A stretch of DNA of 63,278 nucleotides, the filler included, from Choristocarpus tenellus KU-1152 (lineage: Eukaryota; Protista; Phaeophyceae), in the NCBI GenBank assembly GCA_964200185.2. It is 12 parts of 12 records of this genome, joined end to end, with 100 filler letters (N's around TTAATTAATTAA, not from the genome) between each part and the next. Parts side by side here need not be neighbours in the genome. Positions count along the whole stretch, not along the records: positions 1 to 4,643 come from CAXNAD020013662.1; positions 4,744 to 7,391 come from CAXNAD020025977.1; positions 7,492 to 10,736 come from CAXNAD020021295.1; positions 10,837 to 13,562 come from CAXNAD020025273.1; 8 more parts are not named here. One strand, given 5' to 3'. The stretch's first letter is position 1; every line of letters starts with the position of its first letter. The notes below the pieces were generated by a model. The model made no database searches. It saw nothing but the letters and a program-made list of their open reading frames with translations, and had not been told where the DNA came from. Position numbers and translations under genes: made by a program. Shown piece by piece: positions 1 through 13,520 of the stretch.

Positions 1-240
1 AGTCCCGCTCCATCCTCAATTTTGAGAATTGGCTGTTTAAGGCAGCAATATCAAGATACCGAAATAATAACATAATATGTATCCTATCAGACAGAATGTA
101 CTGGAATATACTGATAAATGATAACCGACATACCATGAAGGTGCTGGTGGAGCAAATGTGGGCCCTTCGAGTGATTCTTCCCTCATGACTGCCTTCATAG
201 TGCCACTATCATGGTCTATGACCCTACCAGCTGAACAATA

Positions 241-420
241 GACCCAAAGTACATCTGGGAAAGGGGGTGGGTCTACACCAGGGTGTCCATTTGGGGCATC
301 ACCAGGAAAAGTGCACTTACATTATCCATTCGACATGTGCAACCAAATCACCCAAAAATCGAGACATGAAAAATTGGTCCCATAAAGACAGCCGCCACCC
401 CCCCCCAGATACTTTGAGTC
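241..420 (+). mobile_element. MITE family A (~180 bp, TIR GACCCAAAGT...ACTTTGAGTC)
   Basis: Terminal inverted repeats with G/C tracts; flanks AATA/AACA; homologous copies at 13346, 39003-39193, 48957, 60180 and 62646. Confidence 0.85.
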
Positions 421-1840
421 AACAAAACATAATACGTACACAAGAGTTCACTTTCTGTTGGTGGAAATCCCCTATCTCCTCCACACATGTTGTTTGCTAA
501 CCTGGAGTTGGTGGCAGCTCTGCCTCGAAACTACTAAATCAGCAAACCAATCATATTTACACACACTTCCCTCTCACCCTCAGAAAACAAGCATTTCTCC
601 GACAAGAGTCAATAAGGACGAACCCAAAAGCGAGGTGGCAAGACTTATTCATTGGTGGTGAGTGACACTGAGGTTGGTCCAACAAACAAGATTTGAGGGA
701 GGTTGAGTAACATGAGTTGGAAGAGTGCAGTCACCAATGCGCAAGAAGCAAGGTCTGAATGGAGGCAGTGTTACATATTTATCACTGTGCATGGCTCATT
801 GTTTACAGTTACGTAGTGCGAGATAGAGCAATGTATACATAAAGTAGTGCCTCTGATCATGGATCAGTAGAATAAAGTGACAAAAAACATAATAATAATA
901 ATAATAATAATAAATAACACAAAACAACAACAAAAGAACTTATCATACTACCTACTATTAATACTACCGTATCTAACTCTTGTTATTTATTGCACAATGG
1001 CCAATTTGACTCCCTCCGTTCACGTCTGGCTTCTCCCCCGTTGAGTTCAGCCATCCCACCACCCATCATCGTTATGCCTCCTCCCTCAAATCTTGTGCTG
1101 GGGTCGCCTCAGAGTCCCTCGACAAAGGAGGCTTGCCATCTCATTCTGGGCTTTCTGTGTATTTGTGGTGTGGTGTCAGATGGATGGTGGAGGTAGGGGT
1201 AAGGCTTGTAGTTCTTGCCATATCAATTTGGATCATCAAACAAAAATAAATTTCCTTGGGAACAACAAAATTGCGGGGGATCAAAAATCAACATGGGGAC
1301 AGGTTTCCGTTGACCAGAGATTGAGCCCTAATTTTTTTTTTAAGTTCCTCCCAACCCACCCAGCATGCCCCCCTTCACCACGTAGAATTTACAACATACA
1401 TCCCAGCTGTTGTATATAGTTGTATTGGGATAGCATCACTCTACGAGGGAAGACAACATGCAATTATATTTGAATTTCTCCTATGTTCTTGACAAAATAC
1501 GTGCGAAAGCTCACCCCAATATACCCCTCTTCCTACTGCAAAGAGTACCTCAAAAATATTCGCCTCAAACAGGACCCCTTACAAAACAGGGGGCGTTTTG
1601 GCTGGTGGGGCGAGATCCAGTAGCCATCATAATGCGAACACACGATTTATAACACGGGCAAGCAGATAGATGCACAGTAATAGGGAGGTGGCGCAATCAC
1701 AAACAACGGAAATCAGTTATTAGATATAGAGTTCACCCAACCCGTTGGTGTTGGTTTGTTGGTGAATATATATAATGTATTAATAGTAGTAAACAACCTG
1801 TACCTTAACATTACTCAAAAATAGGAAGCACTACAAAATA

Positions 1841-1990
1841 GAGCCAACCAATTGAGGGTGGGCAGGCTTGAACCTTTTTGCATTCTAAGCCATCTTTCTT
1901 ACCCTGTGCTATAATATTATTTCGTTACTATAAGCACACAGTATTGTATGCAAAATTGTTATTCCCTCTTTCCATTCACAAGGTACACCA
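1841..1990 (+). mobile_element. MITE family C, partial copy
   Basis: GAGCCAACCAATTGAGGGTGGGCAGG start and following sequence match the copies at 17745 and 38243. Confidence 0.7.
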
Positions 1991-4163
1991 TGTGTATAGC
2001 AGCATCGAGTGTGTCCTCGTCCCAAGCCCAGACCTCCCACAAAATACTTTTTGTTGGTTGCATCTTCTTGGACTATCTTTAAGCAGGTTTACGATCATAG
2101 TATTACTTGCACCTGGTCTGTTACCTTCAGTCTTAAACATTTGCTCACCTTCTCACTTCTCGTATGTTCTAGTACTTCAAAGTAATAAATTGATCCCTCC
2201 GAAAGTTGACGAAGCCCGCTCGCTGCGTACACCCACATGACAGAGAGGCGAGAGGTGTGAGAATCGAGCATTTGTGTGTGGGACGATGAACAATGCTGAC
2301 ACTTGACCATGGCATCAGAATGGATCACTATATGATGTCATGATCTCTTCTGGTGTATACTTTGAAGCGGTCCCTATTATTATGTGCATGCCCTTTGTTC
2401 TATCATACTTATGTGGCTCTGACGATCTCGGTTTTGACGGTATCAAGGTCGTGCTCCTTATTACCTGCTCTCTCTGTGACTCTCTACAGGTGATGGATGC
2501 GGCACTTCCAGATTAATTATCCCACCTGTGTGACAATTCATACAGTTGCCACAAAACCCCCTACTCATTTTACAATAGAACAGTCAATCGTCATGAAAAC
2601 TTCTATTGTAATTACGATGAGGAACGAGAAGCTGAGTAACCATCTGAAACCGAAGATCAGGTACAAGTACAGGTTAGAGCTGGTTAGAGCACGCAGGAGA
2701 AGACACATCTGACAACACTTCATGTGGGAGGTGCATGTGATTCACATGAAGGGCGCTTGTATGTGTACGATACCAAGAAAAAATTCCCGTCCTTAACGTA
2801 AACACGTAACACATATATAGGTGAGTGATGAGGAGGAGAGCCAACAATGGCGATAAAGTTTGAGCTTGTTAGAGTCGACCCAACCTGTGCATTTCAGGCT
2901 TGTAATGAGCCAAAACTAACCAGAGTTACCCAAATTAACATTTTAAAGATACCAACAAATGTGTTGTACACCTCGGCTTTTTGTACAAATCCTTGTTGGG
3001 ACTTTTCTGAATTTTGTCGGACAAATGAGAAATCATAGTACTTCACCCATAGAAACAAGGGTGAGTAGCAAAAGGTCAAAAAAAGCTTCAAATTTCAAAA
3101 CGATAAAAAAATGCATACCTCTCGTTTACTTTGGGTAAAAAATTACAGAAATTTGCAACCCTTACCCTAGCCCTACCTTATTTTACCATATTGTTACGCC
3201 TTCTGACATTTGGTAGATGTGTCAGGACAAAAATAATTGAAAAGTCAATTCAACATCGTAAGAACTCCTGTAAAAGTAAAAGTTATCGTAAATGTGAGAG
3301 ATAATATTCTATCATCCATTTACTATTTGACTACCACCATATATCTACACCCGCTCCCCGCCTATGCCTCCAACCTAGCTTCCCCCTACACCACAGGGCG
3401 AGGAGCTAGGGAAGCATCCCAAGAATCTGACAGTAGTAGCGGTAGTAGTGGTCAAGTGGGACTTTATTGGGTTAGGGCTTGGGACTAATATGGCATACAC
3501 TTCCCTCACTACAACAACAAAGCACAGGTAGTAGTGCTTGTTTTTATTGTCGTTGTTGTGTTGTTCCCCACGATAAAGCCTTGACGGATTTTCAGTGCCA
3601 GAGATGGACTATGAAGGAAGGGAAGGGGTTTACCACAGTACCATCCACCAATCTCTGAATTCCTTCATGAGTCAAACTAACCGAGAGGTAGGCAGAGTTG
3701 CATTTTAAGACTCCCGAGAAGGGGCAGAAGGATTCAATTTAGAATAATTGCTGAAAGCGCCTTTGCTGAATCGTGGTGTCAAGATGTGTGTGGAAAGGGG
3801 GAATACAAACTCTAACAGTTATTGTGTACATAAAAGCAATGTAATAGAGTGTAATGCACAAGGTAAGAAAGATTGCTTGAAGTGCAAACCTGTCTACCTC
3901 TCAATGGGTCTGGCTGCGATCTGTTCATAGTATGACAATAATAATACTATTTGGCTAGGTAGTTGGTTGAAGCACAGCTCACCATAATAATATTGATTGC
4001 ATTTGTTCACAAATTAGTAATTATTTACCTTCGTTTGCCAGAAGTAGCCATGATAACATCAACCACCACCCACCAGCAGAACAATATAGGTAAATGATAA
4101 ACACCCCTTTGCATACGGTGGCTTCCAGTGGAGAGAACAGGTGGCGATATCCAGGACTGTGCA

Positions 4164-4637
4164 CCAGACCAGTAGTTAGGTGGGCTGGCCCACAACCCGG
4201 TCCCATAACATTTTCTTTACGCCCTGGCCTGATAACTTTTCCAAACAACAAAATATATTATTCTCAGGTTCAGCCTGGGGATAGGTTTTAATCTATGATA
4301 TTTAAATAGTATCCAGTATATATTTCGATGTATGAAATTGTTCTTACCATTGAAGATCAACGATCTATTTTGTGTAAATAATCATGATTCAAAATGAAAA
4401 CCATCTGGTCTGCCCCAACTAAAGTGACACCTGGCCTGGCTGGACATGGCCAAGCAATTTCATTGGAAGTATATCTTGTCCGACCTGACCCAACCTGGCC
4501 CCTTCAAAATATATATTGGCTGAGCCAGCTTGCGGCTCAGCCTTGGCAAAATTCCTCCGGCCCTGGTCTGGACCTTCAAAAACATTCTTATTGGGTCGCT
4601 TTGTGGCCTGGGCCCTGTCACAGCTACCCAGTCTGGT
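4164..4637. mobile_element. Putative non-autonomous TIR element with many GGCCC/GGCCTGG subterminal motifs
   Basis: ACCAGAC...GTCTGGT inverted termini; a related short copy lies at ~45328-45443 in RPL37 intron 2. Confidence 0.5.
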
Positions 4638-4643
4638 GTACGG

Positions 4644-4743
4644 NNNNNNNNNNNNNNNNNNNNNNNNNNNNNNNNNNNNNNNNNNNNTTAATTAATTAAN
4701 NNNNNNNNNNNNNNNNNNNNNNNNNNNNNNNNNNNNNNNNNNN
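4644..4743. other. Artificial contig linker (N44-TTAATTAATTAA-N44); first of 11
   Basis: Identical 100-nt linkers with six-frame stops at 4644, 7392, 10737, 13563, 18300, 21720, 33122, 39031, 51015, 57719 and 60347. Confidence 0.97.
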
Positions 4744-4779
4744 AAAAAAAAACTTTCATTTTATTTAACCAAAAAAAAG

Positions 4780-4867
<88 letters not shown>

Positions 4868-5844
4868 CACACTAAACATGTGTTGGGTACATCTCCTTGT
4901 GTGAACCCCTGCGGGACATAAGACAGCCTTCACTTCCACATCGTCCAAGGCATCCATCCATCCATCCATCCATCCATCCGTCCGTCCGTCCGTCCAACAA
5001 ACATTCCGCCAAAAAAATGTCGTAACCAACTCTACCGCCGCGGCAAATTGCACTGCCCCCTTTCCCACCTGTCGCCTTCCTTCTCTCTCACACTTGGTTC
5101 AGCCCACGCTATAATTGCAATAGTGCAACAGATAGATAGGACAGGACAGGTGGCGTATGAACCAAACACCGATTTGCCAAATTGATTCGCCACATTGACT
5201 CTAAAAAAAAACTGAAACCGGACACATACACAAAAAAAAGAAAAGAAAAAAAATGATATATGACGTCAGTGAGGGTTCAAGGGAATAGGCCTCCGTCAAC
5301 CACTGAGTCACAGCAACGCCTAATCGTAAGGCAGTTGCAATCACGGTCCACACCCATCAAAATTCAAACAATCAATACTCTCTGGCATGTAAAACTCAGT
5401 CGGTTCACAACTGACATCATTCGAAACCAACAGATGTAAGATACATGCACGAGTCTACAAAAACGCCCGTATCATTTATTTTTTTCTTGAACAATAGGAA
5501 AAAAATAAAAGGAGTCCATATACACACGCTATCGCAAACCGTATATATATATACTACTAACTAGTAATAATAAAATGTAAGGCATTCGTAATGTGGACAG
5601 TATCATCTCACACTAGTAAAAAAGAATAAAAAGTAGAACATCCCGGCTATTTCAACACATCTCTACCGACAACACCCCCAGGAGATTACCAAATAAACTC
5701 ATAATATGACTCATACTAACTCAGACAAAGATACCTAAGCCACCGTGCACCCCCTTTCCTCCCCCCACCCCCCCGCCGCCACCACCACCACCTCCAAAAC
5801 TCTACCAAAACCCACAACCTATCACCTTCCTCCAAAGGACTCAC

Positions 5845-5974
5845 CCACAGGTATGTGAAAGGCAGTCTCATGATTTCCCCAACCTCTACCCACTCCACCC
5901 TCGAGCCGACTCCCAGCACGCTCACGTAGCTGCTGCTGTTGTTGCTGAATCTGATTCTGCTGGTGCTCCTTGGC
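5845..5974 (-). CDS. Isolated exon of an unknown Gln-rich protein (AKEHQQNQIQQQQQQLRERAGSRLEGG...HETAFHIPV)
   Basis: Open frame between a CAG acceptor and a G|GTGAGT donor; GC-rich island in AT-rich flanks. Confidence 0.45.
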
Positions 5975-7491
5975 CTGAGCATTTTTTATTGTTTTTGCAA
6001 AAAAAAAAAAAAAAAGTTTTCTTACTAAGTTATTTTATTTTATTTTTATTTTATTTTATTTTATTGCGATACCTTGCTCTAATATTAGAGAGCACATGAG
6101 ACGAACCGAAAAATGTAACCAAACAAAAAAAAAAGTAAGTACACTATGAATCAACTTCCGGAGTATCCTTAAGATAAAAAATAAAATAAAAAATGTCAAA
6201 AAAAATGTACCCCTCACGTCAATAGAAGCTGAACTGTTCGATTGTTTTGTAACTGTCACTGTCAACAAAAAAAGAAAAGAACAGAAAGTATAGACAAACA
6301 GACGCACACACAAATAAATTTCCAGAGATTATATGTATGTATATATGTATATATATATACGGTGTGTATGTATATACGAGGTAAAGAGGACTGACAGGAA
6401 GTACTCAACATTAAAATTTACTAAATAACTTGGGCAAAAAACTACTCATGAAAGCTCACAGTACATACAACATACAAAACATGTTATATAATGCACAGGA
6501 AGCATCTCTACCCAGCTGTAATCAGTCAGGGAGTCCCAGGGACTGCAAATTCTTGGGGGGGTGCATTGAAATAAAAAAATCGCTCGGTTGAGATCTACAA
6601 ACCTGAGAGGAAACAAGATGTTTGTGGTAATTGGCACCTACACCCCTACACCCCTGATGAACCCTGTGCATGACAAAAAGGCGTAATAACAACGAAATCT
6701 ATGGCGATGGGGGAATGATGGACCCTGTGCATGACAAGACTCTTTTTTTTTTAATCAACCAATGGTCTGTTGGATCTTGAGGGGTAGAACTGACTCCATC
6801 AAAAAGCTCTTCCTTTGCAGGATACAAACATCAGGTCTTGCACACCATAGTAGGCATGCACATCCATCCGTCCTCACAGGCCAGATGACAAACACGCCTC
6901 CTACTGCAGCAGGGTATTGAAACCACTAACTAGCTCGATGTAGGCTGGATTGTTGTTTAAACTGAGTAATATGCTATTTTGATTGTGTTTTTTTATTGTG
7001 GAATAGGGCTTGAAGAATATATATATTCTTCATGTATGTATATAGCATATTATTAAAATGTGTTTTTTTATGTATTATGTAGAATATTATAAATATATAT
7101 ATATATATACATTATGTACATATGCATATATGTATTTATGTAGCATACACTACATAATAGAGATACTCTTGAATAACACAGGCAGCAGACACAACTCAGT
7201 AAACAATACACAAGAGATACGGTAACAATATCAGCAGAGGGATGTCATAGGCATCCATCCCTCTTACCATCAGTAACATACAAACTCAAGGGTGTACAGC
7301 AGATCCTTCGCCAGAAGCTTCCACTTGTACATGGCATTACACACAAACCCTGGCATTGCCCTTCCAAGGTGACTACTCCCCCCCCCCCCACNNNNNNNNN
7401 NNNNNNNNNNNNNNNNNNNNNNNNNNNNNNNNNNNTTAATTAATTAANNNNNNNNNNNNNNNNNNNNNNNNNNNNNNNNNNNNNNNNNNNN

Positions 7492-7599
7492 TACTCCGAA
7501 ACATTTCGGTGTAGGATAATGTCCTAGAATACCCATGGGAAGCCAAGCCCCAAATGGACAAATAGGGCAAAATTCGTACCCTCTAAGATACTTTCACTC
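7492..7599 (-). mobile_element. MITE family B, partial copy (cut by contig start)
   Basis: Ends ...CGTACCCTCTAAGATACTTTCACTC, the reverse complement of the family B left TIR. Confidence 0.85.
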
Positions 7600-7899
7600 G
7601 TTTGTTTAGCTTGGAAGGGGTGGAATCTTTATAGACCGTACCCTACTTTGGACGCGTGTATGAGACTCTGGTGTAGGAGTTTTTCTTTTGAACGTTGAGT
7701 CAAATGCAGAGTGAGTGCCGTGAGGTGCGAGTGTCACGCTAACATATCTGTTGTCAGGGCAAACGTTGGAAGGGTTTTTTTCCTCCAGGTTTCCTCCTCC
7801 GCTGGATCCCCAATGCTGCCTACTGATATGTTAGGACCTGGAAGTGACATTCACTTCATTTCTGTTGCGTTCATGATAGGATGAGGAGCGACATTATAT

Positions 7900-9900
7900 C
7901 TCCTTGTCCAATCGCCTGTTTATTGCATTGAAGTAGTTATGCTTCATGCTAGGGGGGCATGTTACAGGCGATATGTCTTGATGGCGGTTTCATAAACACC
8001 ATTATGACCTTGAAGTCCTAGATTTGATATATTTGTACTTCTTGACTATAAAATTTTTATTTGGTCATTATGGTCCCGGATTGTGATAAGACATCATTGA
8101 CCAGTTCCTTTTTATACGATAATATTGATGATAATCCAAGTGAGATATCCAGCATACTTGACGCCTTTCCATCAGGAGTCCTACACGTGCATCAGTATCA
8201 TCTATAAGCCTGTAGATTGGAGCTATACATCCTGTGAAGGTAAGCTTCTGGAGCATGCTGTAACAAAAGCACAAAGCACAAAGCATAAAGCAATAAAGCA
8301 ATAAAGCAACCACTGTATATATGCCTTGCTCTGTGTCAACACCTAAGCTTTGACCTCTTCCTTGTTGGCGTTTCTTCGTAGTTATGATAGCATGTTATAT
8401 AGTAAAATTCGGAAGTGGATGACCCGTGGCCTTGACCTGTCAATAAGAATCTGAATGCATGTCTATGGGGGCATTCTAACTTTGATATTGATATTTCTGA
8501 TTAGGCCTACTGTAGTGGGTTGAAGAGAAAACTACTTCCCTGGCAAAAGAAACTTTGGCTTTTGTAAAGAGCATCCCGCCGGACTGATTGACGTCATGTT
8601 GGATCCAATCCTTGAATAGGAAAGTGGCCTGTAGATCTTTCTTTGATACAACTTTTCATTCCCACTACTTTAAGGTATTTAAGACCAGGTATACACTTGT
8701 TTCCTTGTAATTAGTCGTGGCTTTGGAGGTCTCTTTGTACACTGGACCACACAATGCGTTTCATGAGGGGTTGGCGACAATGTAAGATTTAATCAAGATC
8801 TGAAGTTTCATCTCTAGTTGATGATTAACTAACTAGCTAGTCACTCCCCACCTTATACACACCAGCAGTTGCAGGAGACTATCAAAATGATCAAGGTCCA
8901 GGAGGCTGCCAAACTTCATCTGCAATAGGCATTTGTTGTTGTGATAGACCAGGTGAAGCAAAAATCAAATTGGTATACCTACAATGTTCAACTGTTACTG
9001 GGTTTGGAGGTTGGGATTAAGCTTAGGTGTGGTTGACTGGGCTTACTGGGTAGGGTATGATGGAATTTTCAGCAGACTACATGCAACGATTACATGCATG
9101 GTTTCAACATGGGAAGAATTATTCCGGAAAATTATGTTATGCAAAAACAGCAACTTTTGTGTGTGTGTTTCCTCGCCTCTTTGGGTTCTACATATATTGT
9201 TGGCATTCAAATGTCCCTCACTACACTATTGTACTATTGTTACTAGATCATCCTCATGGGTTAAGATAGCGCTCTTGTTCATGGGTAATGGAGAAACCCC
9301 AAATCTCTTTATTGTCGGAGGGGACTGCATGGTGTATAGTGAGTGGGCAGGGGGGTTGTAGCAACAGGAGCAGTTATTAGACCTATCCCTCTGTAGATAC
9401 ATCCCTTGAGACATAATGCGTTCAATATTCAATATCCAATATCTACACATCATCAAGATCATCAAGATCATCAAGCTTTAACAAAAGAGTTAGCGGAGGT
9501 GACCTCTTGCAAGAAAAACTACTCCTTTTGACTCTGCACAGTATCAGTCAACCCACATTTCAATGGCAAAAATAGACATCTCTCAATCATCGGAAGGGCG
9601 CATTTTTATAATGTGAAGGGTTACCTAGTGGTGTGACCTTAGTGTACAGTAGGTTTTAACCCTCCTGCATTGATGTGTCAATGGGTTGAGATGGGGGTCA
9701 GTGAAGTCCATGAGCAAATGGGAACAGGGGGGAAAGACCAGCTCACACACTTAACTGACTTGAGCAATCGCCCATTGAGAAATGATATGCAGAGGATTTG
9801 AAATGTCGGTTTCCATCTACACAAGAAACTTGGAGAGACCTTAGGAAAGAATCAGATTGTCCATCAGGTGCACTCCTCCCTCCTCCCTCCTCCATATGAA
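7900..9900 (-). mobile_element. Highly decayed non-LTR retrotransposon (RT) remnant
   Basis: Only weak broken motifs on the minus strand (AYADE-like near 8925); no ORF. Confidence 0.25.
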
Positions 9901-10330
9901 TTGTTTGTATATGTGGCTGTGCGCACTACACACACACACACACACAAACACCATCCCCATCCCCTTCCACATAATTTTCAAGAATAAATATTTGATGGGG
10001 GCAATGCGTACTACAACAGCTATGCATACTTCAAGTAGTGGGTACCAATTATCAATTGCTTGTGGTTGCTGCCCATATTTTATATGTATTGTGTACAAGC
10101 ATGGAGTGAACAACAATATGGCATGTCTTGGTGCATGCAACATACTTAAAGGCATATGTTGGATGGCTTCAGTTGCACATAGAGTGCTATTCTCCCTTCT
10201 TTCTATAGAGTTAAAGTTCTGATCCTCAGTCTTGTTTACTGTTGTACTAATCCTTATGTCTATCAGGATCGTGTTTCTCCTCTCAGGTGCAGTGGGTGCA
10301 TCACATCTCTTTTCTTTGTCGTCTTAATCT

Positions 10331-10378
10331 GATATTCATCTGATATTCACCTGATATTCACCCGATATTCACCTGATG
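10331..10378 (+). repeat. 11-bp tandem repeat (TGATATTCACC) x~4.5
   Basis: Directly visible in the sequence. Confidence 0.85.
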
Positions 10379-11624
10379 TACTTTTGGACTGTGTTCCCTC
10401 ATTACTCCGGAGTATGTTTCAAACTACCAGTAGGGTCTCCAACTGGTGGGAGTGTAGTTGTACCTCTTCAAGGTCAGGAATATATAGGTGTGCCATCACT
10501 TCTCTTTTATTCTGCCATCCAGGGTTAGGGCTAGGATTGTTCCTTCCTCTTACTGTGCAGCTGTGTAGCACTGATGATTTTTATCGATAGCGTCATTTGC
10601 AAGAAAAGCACACTCTACATGTCTCTTATAGTTAAAGGCATGGCAATGGACAAAAGGGTATACAGAGTGTGCCCCTCCTTCATGTTGGGTAGCCCCCCCC
10701 CCCCCCGCCCTCTGTCAGTGGGTTGGAACGGTTGAGNNNNNNNNNNNNNNNNNNNNNNNNNNNNNNNNNNNNNNNNNNNNTTAATTAATTAANNNNNNNN
10801 NNNNNNNNNNNNNNNNNNNNNNNNNNNNNNNNNNNNCCCCCAGATACTTTGACCTACACACCAACAACCCTGTGGGTGCATATACTTGCACTGGTATGCA
10901 TACATACATACCTATGGGCAGATGAGATCATTGATTCCTTTGGTTTTGTCATAATTTGGGTGTACATAAAAAACCTACGGGCGTCTGTGGCTGAAGCAAA
11001 CAAACAAACATGTTGGGGAGCGTTTCAGTATTTTTTAAATTATTATTATTAGAAATTATTATTATATCTGCGTGTGGTATGTGTGTACACTCACTCCGTC
11101 TCTTACTTACAGTTGCACAGTTCCTAGATTTTCTTAGTGTGTTGAATAAAACTAAAAAGCTGAAAAAAAAAAAAATGATGAACAGACACGAGAACTTCGT
11201 ACAAGGATTGCCGTCGCATTGAGGATGGAGCTTGGTCTAAGGGGTAGCAATGGGCTGAAAGAACTCTTTCGGTGAGTTACTTCAAGAAGGAACAAAAAAA
11301 TAGTGCAGCAATGACGCGCAGATTAACTCTCCTCAATGGGAGAAGTTGAAGCAGCCATATGGCATTTAAACTCTGACAGGACCCTCCATCTCTCTGTGTT
11401 TGCCCTACGATTGACAATGATACTCCCATATATGGTGACCTTCCAGTATCTTTTTCTCCACATCAGAACAGTGAACTATCAATTTGTCACTTAGTGCATG
11501 TCAGTAGAGTAACCCTAGTGTATAATATAATTCTCCGCAGCTGAAGTCACCTCTAGTACTCCATGTTGTTGATCTTTGTGCATCAGCAAACTCTTGCAGT
11601 GGGGAGAATTACTGGTATTGAAGT

Positions 11625-11932
11625 GAGTGAAAGTATCTTAGGGTTAGGGTACGAGTTTTGCCCTGTTTGTCTATTAGGTGCTTAGGGTTAGGGTACGAGT
11701 TTTGCCCTGTTTGTCCGTTAGGTGCTTGATTTCACATGTTTTTTTTTGTGGCATTTTTTTCCTACTCCAAAGAATTTTTGCAGTAGGTAAAATGTATACG
11801 TTACGAAAAATGTGTCTGGAACATGGATATTGACACTCCCTAACAAACATAGTCAAAATTACATCAAAAATCGCAACATTTGATTTTGGCCCCCAAATGG
11901 ACGCGGCCCTACCCTCTAAGATACTTTGGCTC
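11625..11932 (+). mobile_element. MITE family B with a 44-bp duplication of the left end and TTAGGG-converted TIR
   Basis: GAGTGAAAGTATCTT...CTAAGATACTTTGGCTC; homologous to 59322-59578. Confidence 0.9.
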
Positions 11933-12292
11933 ATTTCCACTGATACATATCATTGTGTGCAAAGACATACATATAAATATATATAATTATTTATTTATTT
12001 TCCTTCTCTAGTATGGTTTTCTTGCAATCATACCCCTGCACCTGCAATGTCAAGAAAGGAATCCAACGTCTAATTGTCATGGTGTCATGGGTGACTGACA
12101 CTAGCCAACAGCTGTTTCCCCTTCCAACTTAGATAGATGGAAGTGATCTTTCATTCATAGATCCAGAGAATATATATTGTATTTAATGCACACCCGTTTC
12201 AAAAATTTCAAAAAAAAAAAATCTCTACCGGCTATATTCTCAACCGGCTATATTCTCGTGCCTGTAATGTGAGAAATTTCTCTAACACCTCA

Positions 12293-12950
12293 GAGTCAAA
12301 GTATCTTAGAGGATAGAGCCCCGTCCATTTTGGGGGCAGAATCCAATTTTTCCATTTTGATGTAATATTGAATATCGTGTTTGTTAGGAAGGGTCAATAT
12401 CCTTGTTCCGGACACATATTTCGTAACGTATCTTAGGGTTAGGGCATATGCACTGTACCGAGTGAAAGTATCTTAGGGTTAGGGTACGAGTGTTGCCCTG
12501 TTTGTCCATTTGGGGCTTGGCTTCCCATGGGTCTAGGGTCAGGGCTAGGGTTAGAATTGAAATATATACACACACAGTGAGTGCAGGTATCTTAGGGTTA
12601 GGGTACGAGTATTGCCCAGTTTGTATGTTTGGGGCTTGGCTTTCCATGCGTTTTCTAGGAAATTTTCCTACTCCAAAATGTTTAGGAGTATGTAAAATGT
12701 ATACATTATGAAAAGGTGTGTCCGGAACAAGGATATTGACACTTACTAAAAACAAGATAGCCAAAATTAAATAAAAAAACGCAACATTGAACTTCGGCCC
12801 CCAAATGGACACGGCCCTACCCTAACCCTAAGATAGTTTGGCTCTACCCACTCCGAAACGTTTTGTCGTAAGTAAAATGTGAATAAGAGACCCGTAGGAA
12901 GCCAAGCCCAAACAAACAAACAGGGCAAACTCGTACCCTCTTAGATAAGT
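12293..12950 (-). mobile_element. MITE family B (reverse) carrying a nested forward family B copy at 12460-12844
   Basis: The host copy is interrupted and resumes after 12844; the nested copy is flanked by TACC/TACC. Confidence 0.85.
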
Positions 12951-13345
12951 TTAGATTAAAAGGTTTCGATACATATGAGCCTCTGTGCGGCAAAGTTGAG
13001 AGATGGTCTTCCATTTGTCACTGCTTCATCCCCTGAGGGTCACAATATGATACAAGTATGTAGTATGTACGTACAGCTTCTTGTGGTCCTTTAATTTTCT
13101 TCTACTGAGCCTCAAGTCTTGTGTTCATTTGAGACACCTGGGAGGGATTTCAGAGGACGTCAGATATATTCTTGATATCCGTCTCCCTAATTTCTAGAGC
13201 ACCTTTGTTGTGCTAGTCTTGAAGAGAAGGTTCATAGTCTACACAAGTCAAACAAAGTATCATAGTATCAAAGTATCATAATATCAAAGTAGTCTACACA
13301 AGAGGTACGCAGGTTTCACAAATTTTGTTATTCTTAAGCCATTCT

Positions 13346-13520
13346 GACTCAAAGTATCTGAGGGGGGTGGATGGCGGCTGTCCATTTGGGGTCAATTTTT
13401 TCATGTCGCGATTTTTGTGTGATTTGGTTGCATACGTTGGATGGATAATGTAATGCAATTTTCAAGATTTTGGCCCAAATGGACACCCTGGTGCAGACCC
13501 CTCCCCCCCCCCCCCACCCC
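13346..13520 (-). mobile_element. MITE family A
   Basis: GACTCAAAGTATCTGAGGGGG start; reverse complement of 241-420. Confidence 0.85.

Noticed and set aside
4688-4699. Recurring TTAATTAATTAA motif
   Set aside because: Artificial six-frame-stop linker, not biological.
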